From Bugula neritina (taxonomy: Eukaryota; Animalia; Bryozoa), in NCBI GenBank assembly GCA_964035545.1, contig OZ037768.1, positions 8,650,741 to 8,714,740 of the forward strand: DNA of 64,000 nt, given 5' to 3'. Shown one piece after another: positions 14,801 through 29,235 of the stretch; position 1 is the first letter of the stretch, and every line of letters begins with the position of its first letter. Position numbers and translations under genes: made by a program. Under the pieces are notes generated by a model that made no database searches, was not told where the DNA came from, and saw only the letters and a list, made by a program, of their open reading frames with translations.

Positions 14801-17800
14801 AAACAGATTTTATTACATAATTTTTATTCAGAATGAAAAGGGTTTAAACAAAGTTATTTCCACTCATTTACTTTCACACCAAATGCCTTTACTAATAATG
14901 ACATGCACTTAATCCAGTTATAACAATCCCTCATTCCATTTCTTTACATAATAAGAATTGTAGTGTGTATAACAATTTCTCTCTACCAGCATAACTTTCC
15001 TTAACATTTATTTTGTGATGAGTTCTATCGTACCCTGCCCATACTTTATACGTTACACAGATACAATACCATCATAGCATCAATTATACTAAGTGCACAG
15101 AGTAAAGTGTGCTCAGAGGTCAAAGGTGAACTAAACTAAAATAAAACACTAAATGCATGCACTAAAATTGTTATTGCATCTTACCATTTCGAACATGTTT
15201 TCAAAACTTTCAACTTTTCGTATCAACTGAGACTGCATAACTTTATATTCCTCCTTGACTTGATCTCTAGCAGCGTTCACCTCCTAATAATAACAATATA
15301 TGGATTAGTGATCACTGAGTAGTAATTCCTACTTGTATCAATGCTATAGCAAAGAGCAACATGCTGATACAGCTTGTCTTCATTGATAGTTTATATTATA
15401 CGACTAAACTTGTATACATAACATAATTCAGTTGGAAATACTAGTTGTGTGTAGAGTAGATGTGACTGAGTAGCAAACACAGATAAGATAATGCGACACT
15501 AGCAGCTTTATTGAAATGTGAAATTATTCATCACATTAGCCTTTATAAAGCTAGTCAAACAAAATGTAAATTCTTATTTACACATGAATATTAGTGTGAG
15601 AGACACTGGCTTTTAAAGATCATAAAACTATACCACTCTCAGGCTAAATAAAGCTGAGATATTTTAGTTATAAGAAGGTTTCAAAGCCTGAGAAGAGTTA
15701 AAGGACTGCCTGGAGGTTTTTGAAGTACTATAGAGTGCTGTACACTGTACTGTGTATTTAGTTACTTGAAGTAGTGTTGGGGAAATAATTGACCATTTCT
15801 AACACTTTTAGGAAAGGTTTAAGAGTAATTAGAGCAGAGTGTTCAGTTGCTTGATAGAAATATTACCTCCCAGCAAATTCTGGCTCTAGACGTGCACAGA
15901 ACAAGTGCTTTAGAACGTAAAGCTACTCTGCCAAACTCAGTAACACACTGACTAAGTCTCGATATTTGGCATTTAGAGCACCAAATGTCTTTGTACCTCA
16001 GCAATAAGTTTATTTTAACATGAGAGGCTGGTGTTAGTCAAATTTAGCTTCAGAACACTCATAGTTGCTAACAGAAACTAATTTTCCTGCCTATCCAATA
16101 ACTCAAACCTGTACCTTATTTGATAAATTAAATCTTTACCTTAATTAGAGCTACATTATTGTTTACCTACTATTTTAAATATTTGTTTCAAAATCAATAA
16201 ATTATTGCATTTTGAAAGATTTAAGCTGAGTTAATTTTGAAATGAGTTTCTAGAAAACAAATTATATAATTCCAGAAGTCAGCAGCTAAAGGCAGGTATG
16301 CAGTAACTGTGAAATAATTTTACTGACCATACTGAAAAATCTTTCAACTTAAAACAAATGTAGCTATTGCTTGAAAAAGTCAAAGGTCTTACTTTCAAAA
16401 CATGCTAAAAATTTGGAAGTGCCTAATGCCAACTTCCAAAAGGCTATGAACATATAAATGACATTATCCAAATGTATTTGATGCAAATGGCTATACTGCA
16501 ATTATTAGAAATTCCCAATATTTTAAAAGTAGATGCATGTTAGATTTCTTAAACTACCGAGGGCTGTTTTAGCAATGCATATATTTGTTTGAGGTTTTCA
16601 GCAAATGCATGTAGAGGTTACTGCAGTAGAAGTTATAATTTGTGTCAGAAAATATTCAATTGCAAATTTTTAAAACTAGCAAGGTACTTCAACACACCAG
16701 TCTGGTGCAATAAGACATACAAGGTAAGATTTACAAAATCACTATAAACCATTGTAAATAATATCTTTCTATCTATCACTACTTACTTGGTGACATTGTA
16801 GGTTCAACTCCTGTCTAACAGAATGGATCTGCTCTTTGTGTTCACCTTGCAGCTTCTTCACCAACTCTATTCTATCTGCTGACGCTGCCAGTTTGAGTTG
16901 TGCTGTCTCTGCCTCGTACTTCTTCCTCCACTCTGATTCGGTGCCGGTTTTAGCCAATTTCTCTTCATCAATTCTCTTTTCAAAGTCAGCCTGAACGAAA
17001 ATCATATCATCATATAATTTTTATGCAGTATAAAATACCATAATATTATTAAAAGTTGATAGTGTATTTATCATCTGCAGCGTGATATATATATAATATA
17101 ATATAATAATATTTGTAGAGCGACAAAAGAGCAGTGCCCAATACAAGATACAAGGGCAGAGTTGCCATGTCTAACATTGCTGCTTCTTCTATAAGAAGAG
17201 TTAATCAAATAAATATAGTTTCTGTGCCCAGACTAGACTAGTTTTATTACATGGAACAGGTTTACCTGTTGTTAATAAATTAATTATAAATGCCTTAATA
17301 AAAAGTTTATAATTAAACAATTTTTCTGAAATTTGCATTCAGATTTTTGATAAGTTATTTTTCAAACAAATATAACCTTGATTTTATTTGGCATAGAAAA
17401 CTGAAATATAATAAAATTGGTCAGAAAAACACCAATTATTTACCGATAACGGAAAAGTGATCATTTTCCCAGCATGCTAGATTGTTGTGTTCCATCACGA
17501 GTAATCAACACTTATATGAATCTATACATCTATCATATCCTAAACTGTAAATTTGCCAACTTTAAAAAGCATTCCTATTACCAACTTTTTTAGTATGCTA
17601 AAGGTAAAGAGAACACACCGCTATAGTCTAAAAATACTTACTCTCTCAAATGATGCTTGAAAAAGATGAAGTATTACTTTGCAGGTAATATTTACATTTA
17701 ATTTATTCAATTAACTTGATATCAACGTCAAATGAAATCATTTAAGCAGGCATTACTAAACTAGTAGAATAACAACGTACTCAGTCTGATACATTTAAAT

Positions 17801-20800
17801 AAACGTTAGATCTAAACCTTTCACTATACAGTAGTCCTTCTACTTCAATATAGCAGATATATCTATTGATATCTGTGCGGTCATTCAACCAATTGCAACA
17901 AAGAATCAAATTTTAAATGCAATGAAAACCTTTACTATTGAAAATAAGATTACCTCTTAAAGACTTAAACGTATAGACTGCAGACAGCATATAATGTCCC
18001 AGTAGTCCGCAAATACCTCGACTATTTTTAGCTCAGTGGTGATAGCAGACACTTGTCTAGACTTTAGAAAATATTGGAATTTTTTCTTTTAATAAATTAG
18101 CCTAGCTTCTAGCTAATTAGTCACCAAAAAGAAGTTATTTTACTATTTCCCACCATTCAACGGTTCAAATAAAAAAAATGTATGCATTGGTAATGGTAAG
18201 AATTATGCAAAACTGGAGATCGCACCTATACAGTATGTTATGCCTGTGCCTAACACACATCTTATATATTTTTCATACAATGTTTGTTATTATAAAAAAG
18301 AGATAAAATGCATACCACCAGCTTCCTATTGTCATGTTCAACACGCTTTATGTCATTATTGAAAGCATCTTGCAAGTCCAATTTTTCTGTTTCGTGGATC
18401 TTCTTTAACTTTGAAATCTGAAAACAAAAAAGAAAAATTCCTGAGTGAATTCAATAGAAATAGTGGAAATTGAAGAGACAAAATGAATGCTACTTTCTTA
18501 CCTCATCAGCGTGAAAGTCTTTGAGTTTGAGTATTTCTAATCTTAGAGCATCTTCTTGTAGAGTAGTTTCTGTGAATTTAGATTTCTTTGCGTCCACAGT
18601 ATCTGCATCTGAATGATCTGCAATACATCAGTGTTAGTACAATAGAACTCAAAGCAATATCGTACTATGGTAGATTCACTATATTATACTAAACACCGGT
18701 GCTGCTAGAGTAACAGGATTACACATGATGACTATCTGCATAAAAGTCAGCAATGATTAGTATTAGTGTTATAATACCACGGACTCCAGAGCAAAATAAA
18801 AACGTCATCAGCATGAGCACAAAATTTATTATAAAACAAAACTGTTTGGGCATACAACCCTCAATTTGTAAATGATAGCTGACGTATTTTAATACTGCAT
18901 AAATTTGAAGTGTGTCAGAGATTCTTTAATTAATTAACATCTAGATGAAAAATATTGCATTATATGTTGGTATAGCAGAGGGAATACATGCAATATATGT
19001 GTTATATAACATTATATACAATACCGTAATTTATTACTTGAAAATAGAAGTATTTTGTTAACATGATCAAAAATTCTAACAAAATGCTTCCAGTGTTAAA
19101 TATTGTAGGTTATAAAGTTATGTAGTGTACCAAAGCTGAGAATATTTCTACACAAAACTGACATCAATGCTAATAACCATCATAAGAAGTTATAAAAATA
19201 AATACCACAAAACACTGTTAGTTTAATATTTTATAAAATATTAAACTACTCTTTACCTGACGTTCCATCATCTGCTTTTGTCATGGTGTAATCTGACAAG
19301 AGAGAACCTCTCCGTGACCTTTGCCCTTCTCCTCGTGCACTACTCTTACTGATAGACAACTTGAGTTCCTCTAATTCTAGTAGAAGCTCATCTGTACGGT
19401 CTCTCAATTTCTAAATCAATCAATTCCAGCATGGCTTACATGTGTGCTATCAGTGATATGAATCAGCATTTAAAAGCAGAAATTTTATAATTAGTTGTTA
19501 TCAGAACAACTACTTGCAGAGAGAGAAATAGCGTACAGCCTAATTTAGAGAGTACCTACTTCCTGAAATATAATGAAGTTATTAAACTGTCATACAGTTA
19601 GCAAAAGTAACCTATATCTTTTCACACACTAAAAAGCTATCTAGTTAAATTTGGTCTTCTATTAGAATTAACACCTGTTGCATTGAATAATATGATAATT
19701 TTATAGACCCAACAACTGCCAGTTAACTAACAACTGGCCAATAGAAAATATTTCCATTATAGAACTTCTAGAAAGTTGTAACATTACTAATGTGTCGGCA
19801 TGGCTGAAATGTTAAAAGGTATAAGTTCAGCTACTCCTTTGCTGATATACAGGTAAACAATTGCTAAGAATAGATTTTAAAGAAACTAATTTGGAACATA
19901 AAAACATTGTTACACCCAAGGAGTTATCTCCTACTTTATTTTCTTCTTCTAGTTCATCTATTCTCAATTCACTAAACTTGTTCTGCTCATCATTCAGCTT
20001 AGTTATATGAGATTCCATTTCCTCCACCTATAAAGAGAGTGACATATAAAGGTAGTTGTATCAGTATAATTATGAGCAGGGGATAGCGTTGAGATCCTGA
20101 GATATAAGGGTATTAACTAGTTGTATTCTTAAACTAGCGCTCTATTTACATTCCTCTACATCATTAATTGACACAAAAAAGAAGAAAAATTACGAACTCG
20201 AAATCTGTAAATGAGAATAAATTTATTTTTCTATTTTTTTGCAGATGATAATTTTAATTTCTTTATTTCTATGTATACCAATAATTTGTACTTGAAATTT
20301 AGGTGCAGTAGTGGAGAAATTTTATTAGCCTGAGTTCTGTAATTTTCTGAATAAATTTTGGTTTGAAAGGGGGATGGAAGTCTCATGGGAATATAATTTC
20401 TTGCTACATTTCCAATCTAGAACACCGACTTTGCTACATTTCTCCATCACTGCCCCTACTGGATAGGTCACACTATTGGTTGGGCTACATATATGCACAC
20501 TCAATATAGAAATAATGCATGGAACAAGGTTGCTGTATGAACAGTAAAAAGTACCACAGAAAACACATGCAAGTAGCAAGTATATCACATCTATTGCCAT
20601 AACACAGCAGTGTGCATATCAACCTCAGGCCAACATACTTGTACACTATCAACACAGTTAGTAGCTAATAGCCATGCAGTAATAGTTACAGCAATTATAA
20701 CAATTATACTAGTACTATAATATCACATAACATACTAACAGCATAATAATTAGGAATCAATTTGAACCCACTTCATGCTTATATAATCATTGTGCAAGAA

Positions 20801-23800
20801 TAATGGACTGCAGTTACAAGTCAAAACAGCATTGCGTGCATATAGTTTGTTTGAATATTATAACAAAATACAATAGTATTTAAAAATGGTTAATGAAAGA
20901 CAATATTTTCAGTTACTATAAATTGGCTTAGGAGTTGATGTTATGATCATATTATTTTCAGTAAAATATGCAGCATAAGTAAATACCACTTTCAAGGCTA
21001 ACCAATGCACTGGCAATATTTGATAAGTAATGCCCTAATATTACAAACATAATACTATCACATGCATTTACACAGTAAATATTTTAAAGAACAAATACAT
21101 GTAACAAATGTACATAATTTCTCCAGCTGTCAACTGAAATACATCCTATAAGAGATATCATAACATAAGGCAATAAGTTTTCCATTCCATGCATGCAGAA
21201 ATCAGCATATAAAACAGCAGCATTATTATCAGCCAAGCAATCTCTAGAATTTTCTCATGTAAAGCAAAAGAGAAGTCAATGATTTAGATTGCAAATGGTG
21301 CAAGAGGTCATAATATTGATTTATTGATATAGCAACAAGCAGAATGTTCTATAGTAACGTAGCACATTATGAGCTGTAGCTTTTACCTGATGAGCACTAC
21401 GATCCATCTGTGACTGAAGTATATAATTTGTATATAAACATATAAATTATCCAAAATAACAGGCTTGCATCAATAAATAAAACCAAACAATCACGTAACA
21501 CCTGTATAAATGTGACAAAGCTTTTCTAAAAATGAAAAATCTCTTATTGTCCATAGACAAAGGATGGCAAGTTAAAGATATAATTTAACTAGCAAGTGCA
21601 GGAAAAACTGTATAAATGTTGGTGCAATCATATTAATACATATAATAATACATAATACATATACATAGCCACTATATAATAATGAACAGTTTTGTTACTC
21701 CAAAATAAGATAAAGATGTGCTGAAAAAAACAATGGGACCACTGATCAGTCAAATAATACTAGTCTAATGAGTACTAGTTTATTAGTACCAGTCTAATAG
21801 TACCAGTGTACTAGTATCAGTGTATTACTACCAGTCTAATAGTACCAGTTCACTAGTATCAGTCTCAGAATCTAGCTTCTATTCAGTGAGCTGACTTCAA
21901 CTTGAAAAGTCACACTTTGAGTTTTCAAACTTCATTCTTATCAACAATGACAGCAATCTAATTTCTATTTCAATTGAATTTAATTCTAACCCCCTAGACA
22001 CACTTTGCTGCACCGTAGGTCGTAACGTAAAATATCAGCCATTTTTACAAATTTCCAAACTTCCTGTACGACGTTATGATACGTTAGGATCAAGCACTGC
22101 TTGATTCAAAAATGTTGTAGAGGGCTCCTATTGGACAAGAAGACGATCATGTCATTTCATTGAATATAAATGTCCAATAGCGCACTTTGAGAACTTCAGC
22201 GCGGACACATTAAAAATGGCTGACACTTTACGTTATAGCCTACGGTGCGGCAAAGTGTGTCTAGGGAGTTAACGGTCACCTGCAACAGTCATGCTTAATA
22301 AGTTCAGTTATTTAAGCTGGTATTACTAGGAAAATGCAGTACTAAGCATAAAATCAAAGAAAAGAAAAAAGGAAATACTATGGACTAAGAGAATGTGCTA
22401 GTTAATGTTAGTAGTGATAACCAGCTGTGCCTTAGCTGTAAGTGCTAATGGGTTTCCATTGCATTTACAGTTCTGATTGCATACAGAGTTGATTATTGAA
22501 CCATCATCTATATTATAGTATATATAAAAGTGAAAATAACTTCTATTTTCTTGGCAGAGTAAATTTTATATTATTTTAGGAGACGGCAAGGCCTGTAGGT
22601 GTGATAGAGAACAACATGTAGAGATGCAGCAACACTATTGATTACACAAACAACTTGCCAGAAAATTGCTGCTGCTAACTTGATAATTTTTAAAGTTATA
22701 TTAGTAGTATTTCAGAATTTAGGTCTAGTTCAAGAAACAAATGGTAATCAGATAATGTATTTTATTGTAGAGTGTAGCGATTATATTCATACAGTTCTGG
22801 CATGTGATCTCATTCAAATTATAATAGTGGCCCCGGCATATTAATGACGGTTTCTCTCAGTCTATACAATAAAATACGATTTTATAAGTGAAAAAAATAT
22901 AAATTAGATTTTGAGTTACTAAATATTTGTTTGAATTAAAGAACAACACTTGGTAAGAAGTTAGGTTAATTAAACGTTGAATAAGAGTAGGTTATTGAGA
23001 TTCCTCTTTATCATAGCTTGGTCTAATTAGTACCATATATACGACCTTATGTTAAGTGATGGTACAGGTAAGTATATTTTATTCATTTGCAGGTAAATTA
23101 CTATGTAATATTTTTTCTCAATAGTAGACAGATCTGACATATTTCTGTAATGGGAAGCATATTCCAACTATGGCAAGTAATTAGTTAATATATTCAAATG
23201 AATTTGTGACTAAAATATAAATGATGGTATCAATATTATAACTAGACGTAAAGTACATGCCCTGCATAGTGCTAATAAAAATGAATCAATACATGTATGT
23301 GGTCGTAAAAGCAGAGCTACAAGGAACCACACACAGCAAAACTAAAATCGTGGAGTTTGAAATTTGATTTGTCATCAGCTAATATAACTGCTATAGTAGT
23401 AAACACTACTAGAAATATAAGAATATCATATGAACCAGCAAATTTGGATTGGATCCACTCTACTTTGTTAGCTACTTGCCAAGTTAAAAACTGTGGACTT
23501 TAACCCCTGTATAAACTAACAACTAGAGTATATAATAATATACAACTGGCTTTAGCAAATATAATATCATATTATGAGTCATTAAAAATTATGATTAGAC
23601 TATTTATTCGGACTAAACTAGACATTTTGTGAATTCATAAATACACTTCTATCCCAATACAAAACAAATCATCACTGCAGCTATGACATGTATGTAGGTA
23701 TGCTAGTATAGACTTGGTCACTATGACAAGATATCCAGAAAAAAACTTACTTTTTTGTGTAGTTCAGTGGCAGAAGATAACTCCTTTTTGATTCTGTCAT

Positions 23801-26800
23801 TTTCTTTTTTTAGAGTTGAATTCTTATCAATATGTGAATGTAAATCTTTTTCTGAAATTATCATATCAATAAACATAGAAAAACGCATATACAAGTATTT
23901 TGTTATTGAAAATTTTAGAGTATCAATAAATGAGGCAGAGTAAATAACAAAACACAAAGTAATATCATGCTTTATTACTATAGTATATGAAATAACATAT
24001 TTTCCTGCATGATAACGTTCTTACCTGTGAGAGACAACTCTTTCTGAAGGAATGACAACTCCTGTTTTACACGTCTATCTTCATTTTTCAAGTTTTGAAC
24101 TTCCTGTTCAAGTTTATGCTTTTCTGCCTGAGCTGTAGATGTCAGTGTCTCTCTGTGTGATATTTAAACAGTTAGAACTAGCATAGTAATCGATTCAATT
24201 TAAATTATTTTCGATCAACGAGAAAACATTGAATTTCTATTTTCCACTATGCTAATGCATGCCAACAAAGATACTGACTACTAACCAAATTGTGATTAGT
24301 TCAAATTTTTCTCCCTTAAAACTAGCATCATTGGAATGTCAAGTTTGTACAAAACATCACTACGCCAATTTGGTGTGTACACATTATATCTTATTTACGG
24401 TGAAAAATAAATCAAACCATTGATTAAGTTTTTCAAAAATCCTAGATTATCTGAGAACTGTCTCTATAACCACTAAATAATTGAAGTCACAGAACATATT
24501 AAATGACTAAAAAGTGCCAGACATATTGGTATTTAACAGCTAAGATTTACTGCATCCTCTGAGACTCGCATGTTTCACAACTTACCGCTCAGCTTCGAGT
24601 TGGGACTGAAGGGATTTGACCAACTCTTGATATTTATTTTCGACTGATGAAAGCAGAGATTCGTGTTGCTTAATTTGGTTAGTCTGTCTTTCATCAGCTT
24701 CTTTTATCAATGCATCGTTTCGCTTTTTAGAAGATTCAATTTCCTGTTATAAAAACAGCAGTTCGTGAAACATTTTAACATGATTTTTTTCGATTTCCGT
24801 TACTTCTACTTTTAATACACTATATATTTAACAGCGATACAGAATTAGATGCATTCACACTCGCTGAAAAGTTCCAACTTTATGCTCAAAGAGTACCCAG
24901 ATGTGTTAGTTATCACGGATAAATTTAATTCAATTTACTTGTTCAACAGTTATTGCCAACTAATATTTAAGATCTGTATCCTTTACGAATCTTTTAATAA
25001 AAAACGACCATAAACTAAGCTATTGATATAAATCTAACTTCTATAATCGTTTAGAATTAAAAAAAAATCGCATGCAGCCATTGAATCTCAAAATGAAAAC
25101 CAATTGTAACTTTAGAAGTTAAGAGTTGTCTCCTCAAAATGAAAGATATTTTCCCACTAAACTATAGTAGCAGCTAAAAGTTTTTTGTCATTTGAGATAA
25201 AACAGAAATTCCCCAACATTTAACATGCTGCGTTGATTTATTTACTACTCCTCTAAGAAAATTATAATGGCTTCTAGTCTTCTACTGTAAAATAAATTGT
25301 GCGTAGAATCACCTCCAACAGCTTGTCTTTTTCTGTAGCATTTGTCTCAAGAACACCTTTAATATATCGAAGTTCATGTCTACAAGAGTAAATAGCAACT
25401 TCATATAGAGCACTCTCCTGGTCATGGTTCAGCAACTCTTGCTCTAGGGCACTAGACAACTCCTGAAGGCTTATCCTCGTGTCCACATCAAATGCCAGAG
25501 ACTGAAAAACAATTTGGTAAAATAAAAATAGAATGAAAGTTGCGTTTTATATAATAATGGAAATAAACTTAATAAACAACTGCAATATAGTATTTTAGTA
25601 GAAACACATCAACGACCGGTTACATGCAGTAAACAGGTATAAAACAAAAAATATATACTGCAATAAGATGTCACAAAATATAAGTTATTTTGCTTACTTC
25701 TAGAACTGCAATGACATCATCATGAGATACACCAAAACTTTCCCAAAACTCCATAATATTTTCTGGTTCAGAATAACCAGTCTGGTCAGGATCAATGCAA
25801 GAAAAATAACCAGAACCAGTTATTGCCGACAGTATGCTTGGAGTTTGTGTTCTTCTATCACTAAATAATCAGAAAATAATTTTTCATAAAGTTTCTTAGA
25901 ATGTTCATTAGCAGGCCTCAGTTAATTGGTTTACCAAGCATCTACATGACCACAGAAAAAGAAAGCAAAATAGAAATCAATTAGTATGTATAAATAGTGT
26001 GAGAGCTGCCGACTCACCACACTGACTCGCACATCACATATCCTGGTTGACATGCCACACACATTGACTGACATGCCACACACATTGACTGACATGCCAC
26101 ACACATTGACTGACATGCCACACACATTGACTGACATGCCACACACATTGACTGACATGCCACACACATTGACTGATCACATAACACACTGACATGCAAC
26201 ACCATAGCACCTACTGACACGTAACATAAGCTGACTCATCACACACACACATACACATTGACTGAAATGCCACACACATTGACTGAAATGCCACACCATA
26301 TCCACTGACACATGACATATGTTAACTCATCATGCACACACTCACTTATCTACTGACAGCCCAAATTTAAGTTGACGTCGACTCTGTGAGCTGTGAGGCC
26401 GATTTAAAGCAGACGGAGTGACAGTTTGCTCGCCGTGCTGACTCAGCCCACTCACAAACTCCTCAAAACTAACTTTGCCATCTCTATCGGCATCCAACTT
26501 GTTGAACAGCTCTTGCATGTCCTAAAGAATTTAGGTAAACATAATTTAGCACCAACAATGTTGAAATATAAATAAATAAACTACTTTATACAATCACAAT
26601 TGGCATGCGTCCACCACAGTTAGAAAACTATAATTTATTGTCAGTGCTACATCATTGCAATATGATAATTTGTATTGCGGTAAGTTATACCAAGGCAGCG
26701 TAGCCACAATAGTTTGCCTCTGAACTTTTGTAAATACTAGTAAGTTTTACAAAATATAAAGTATAACTATATTGATCTTAAAAATTAACTAAATTTTATT

Positions 26801-28534
26801 TTACTATAAGCCACATAAACATCATTTAGCAATTGATGAAAAAGATAATCAGCAAAAACTAAAAGTAATAAGACATGTCGAAATGAAGCCCAGAAAATCA
26901 CAAATTGGTACAATTGTCATCAGCGTTGAGGTTTTTCATGGTTACACCAAATGTTACATAACTTCTGGCATTTATCTAACCTTGTCAGACATATCCAGCA
27001 TGCCCATATTCTCACAAATGGATCCCAGCTCATTAAATGAAAGATAGCCATCACTTCCAACACCCTGATTACGCCAGATCTCTCTAAGAGCTTCAGTTTC
27101 ATCAAAATCTACTTCCTCCAGCCCAGATCGACTGTCTTCACCTGAGCAATAGCATTCCATCAACATCGTTCAACATACAAGTCATTCACAACCTACATAT
27201 GACTATGGGGTAGACAAATCATAGAAATGAAATTATGTTTGCATGTTTTAATATATTGCAGCAAAGTCTAGCTTGCGAACACAATATCTTCGACCAATTA
27301 CTAAAATCTTTAGAACGGTTCTATCATTAGAGTCAGTCTCAGGCTTACCAGGTGTTCCTCTGGAATGACTAACAGGCCCCTCTCCATCATACACTTCAGC
27401 AATACTATCTCCACCATTGGCATCAAAAGAGCTTTCACCAGCCAAATGCTCATGAGCAAAAGCAAAATCTTGACCAGTAGGCGTGGTGTGTAGTTTCCTG
27501 TTACCTATAACAAAAATAATTCTTAAAAATATAATCTAACTCAACTTTGGAAATATAAATATAATTTTGAAGCTGATAGACTGCTGTAAGGTTACAAGTA
27601 ACTTTTGGTTCCCAAAGAATGTAGTTGGTTTGATTATATAATATATTTTCCCACTTGAAATACAAAGATATACCACATTTGATGAGCTAATAACTAGTAT
27701 ATGGGCACATTTTGATAATTGACTAGCAACAGCTCAATCATATAATAATTACTTATTAGGCTATTGAAAGGATTTGAAGAGTGTAATAATATATAACCAA
27801 CAGGAAAAGACAACTTGATGTAATAACAGACCACATTACTGTATCATAGAGCATGTAAGTATTGTTATTAGGACATTACTACCTGCAACAGGTGTTGAAG
27901 TTGGTGATATATAACTATCATCCATTTCAATATCCGACAGTTCTGCAAAGTCCAAAGGAGTTTCAGCACCATGAATTTCAGGACGGGAACGCCTACCATA
28001 CTTTTTCCCATCCCTCACAAACTTTGGGGAGACAGCTACCAAGTGTAGAAAAACAAAAATATTATTTCTATTATTCACTTATATCTTACCTTTAGTTCAC
28101 ATGCATCATCAGGTAGTTCATGCAGAACTTTTAGTTGGTGCATATAACTAAACTCATATTTTTATACATTAAATGAAAGTAAATAATTTAATAAATTTTA
28201 TTTAAAAAAAGTAAGCATCACAACACAAAATGGTGCTACCTTCATCATCATGGTAACTGTTGACGCTGACTTCATCTTCGGTTGAAATAAGGTCAGCACA
28301 TTGAGATAAAACAGCAACAAATCCATCTTTAAATTCTTCAAACCCTATGCGCCGGTGTTCACTGGTACCTATCAACCGCTCGACTAATGCCTCAGCGTGG
28401 TCTTCTACCTGGAGCTTTTCACAAAGACGAACTAAATCTTTACGGTCTATAAATCCTTTTCCAGATGCATCACAGTCATCAAACACTTCTTTTAATTGCG
28501 CTACGTAATCTTCTTCACCATCTGCGACAGCCAT
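11890..28534 (-). CDS. NIN: Ninein / ninein-like centrosomal protein (N-terminal EF-hand pairs, long coiled coil), multi-exon
   Basis: ATG at 28534 (MAVADGEEDYVAQLKEVFDDCDASGKGFIDRKDLVRLCEKLQ..IGFEEFKDGFV). Ninein-type motif PKFVRDGKKYGRRSRPE. Second EF pair (LREIWRNQGVGSDGYL..LFNKLDADRDGKVSFEEF). Coiled-coil exons from about 25500 to 12900. C-terminal KSDNLVRELYIENANLVEALFVTE. Approximate exons: 28534-28240, 28035-27883, 27504-27349, 27141-26981, 26521-26346, 25860-25698, 25501-25312, 24743-24586, 24152-24024, 23851-23751, 20027-19935, 19410-19257, 18618-18502, 18417-18317, 16990-16787, 15283-15185, 14736-14555, 14348-14288, 13959-13746, 13416-12945, 12593-12488, 12113-11890. Confidence 0.88.
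20300..20458. mobile_element. Small degenerate MITE-like element
   Basis: Imperfect 21-bp terminal inverted repeats TAGGTGCAGTAGTGGAGAAAT / TAGGGGCAGTGATGGAGAAAT (reverse complement); no clear long target-site duplication. Confidence 0.45.
21387..21407 (-). CDS. Candidate 21-nt ninein microexon (MDRSAHQ)
   Basis: Minus strand reads ttcagtcacag|ATGGATCGTAGTGCTCATCAG|gtaaaa; phase 0/0 matches the flanking exons. Confidence 0.5.
21768..21865. repeat. Degenerate short tandem repeat (TAGTACCAGT-type units)
   Basis: Repeated TAGTACCAGTCTAA / TAGTATCAGT units visible. Confidence 0.7.
21990..22268. mobile_element. Non-autonomous piggyBac-like MITE (279 bp)
   Basis: About 56-bp terminal inverted repeats C(C/T)CCCTAGACACACTTTGC(T/C)GCACCGTAGG..ACGTAAA..TCAGCCATTTTTA, flanked by CTAA (left) and TTAA (right); no ORF. 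Confidence 0.8.
26047..26300. repeat. 21-bp minisatellite (GACATGCCACACACATTGACT), 6 near-perfect plus degenerate copies, in a ninein intron
   Basis: Directly visible; it generates the spurious CGMSVNV and CVACQSM ORFs. Confidence 0.95.
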
Positions 28535-29029
28535 TTGCACAGTACAAAAACTACACCCTTCCTTTCATCTAAAATATAACACACCTTAGGTAAAGTAATA
28601 AGTAATCACTTTACAGCAATAATATTAATTATCTATAATCATAATGAGTAAAACTAAATGCAATGATCCACAGTAATAGTATTACTGTAAGTGTAATAAT
28701 AATCATTATCATAATGATTATCATTATAATCTAAATCATAATCATAATGATAATGATTAATCATTTAAAATAAAAATTAATGAGAAACAAACTGAAACTC
28801 CACATTTTGTACATACAAGCGCAAATATTGTAAATAACATAAGCCAAAAATCATAGGCTAAAACTACAAACGACTGCTACTGCTAGTGCTTAACTTTCTT
28901 CATAAGTATTCTTTTTAAAACTCACTGCATCTAGTAGTACTAGTAGTTCTAATCGGGGAAAGTTGACAAAGTTTGAAAACAAGCATCTGTTAAAATAGAA
29001 CGTTGTTGTCAAAAGAAGCGCATGTTTTT

Positions 29030-29119
29030 GGGGCGGACTTTTAAGCGTTTCGAAATCTAATGCAAAACATAAAAATGCAGCTACGCTTTCGACAGATGCT
29101 CTTTGGTTGCTAAAGTAAC
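29030..29119. promoter_or_regulatory. Divergent NIN/LRRC6 promoter with GC box and RFX X-box
   Basis: GGGGCGGAC at 29030-29038; GTTGCTAAAGTAAC at 29106-29119 fits GTTRCY-N2-RGYAAC; CpG-enriched patch between head-to-head genes. Confidence 0.65.
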
Positions 29120-29235
29120 GCATACGTTTCAAACATGGGATAAGTCAGAAATAATTTCTCTTTCAGTTTTGCTGAAATAATAACCAAACCAATTACTAAT
29201 TTGTCAAGTTGATCAACTTGCACTTACTCTTGTTG

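Noticed and set aside
15117-15129. AGGTCA-A-AGGTGA nuclear-receptor DR1-like site in a ninein intron
   Set aside because: Single motif with no supporting context or conservation data.
17954-17977. 24-nt AG..GT-bounded segment in a ninein intron (possible poison exon)
   Set aside because: Contains an in-frame stop and could arise by chance; no further support.
25931-26220. Cys-rich repeat ORFs resembling metallothionein
   Set aside because: Translations of a 21-bp minisatellite inside a ninein intron.
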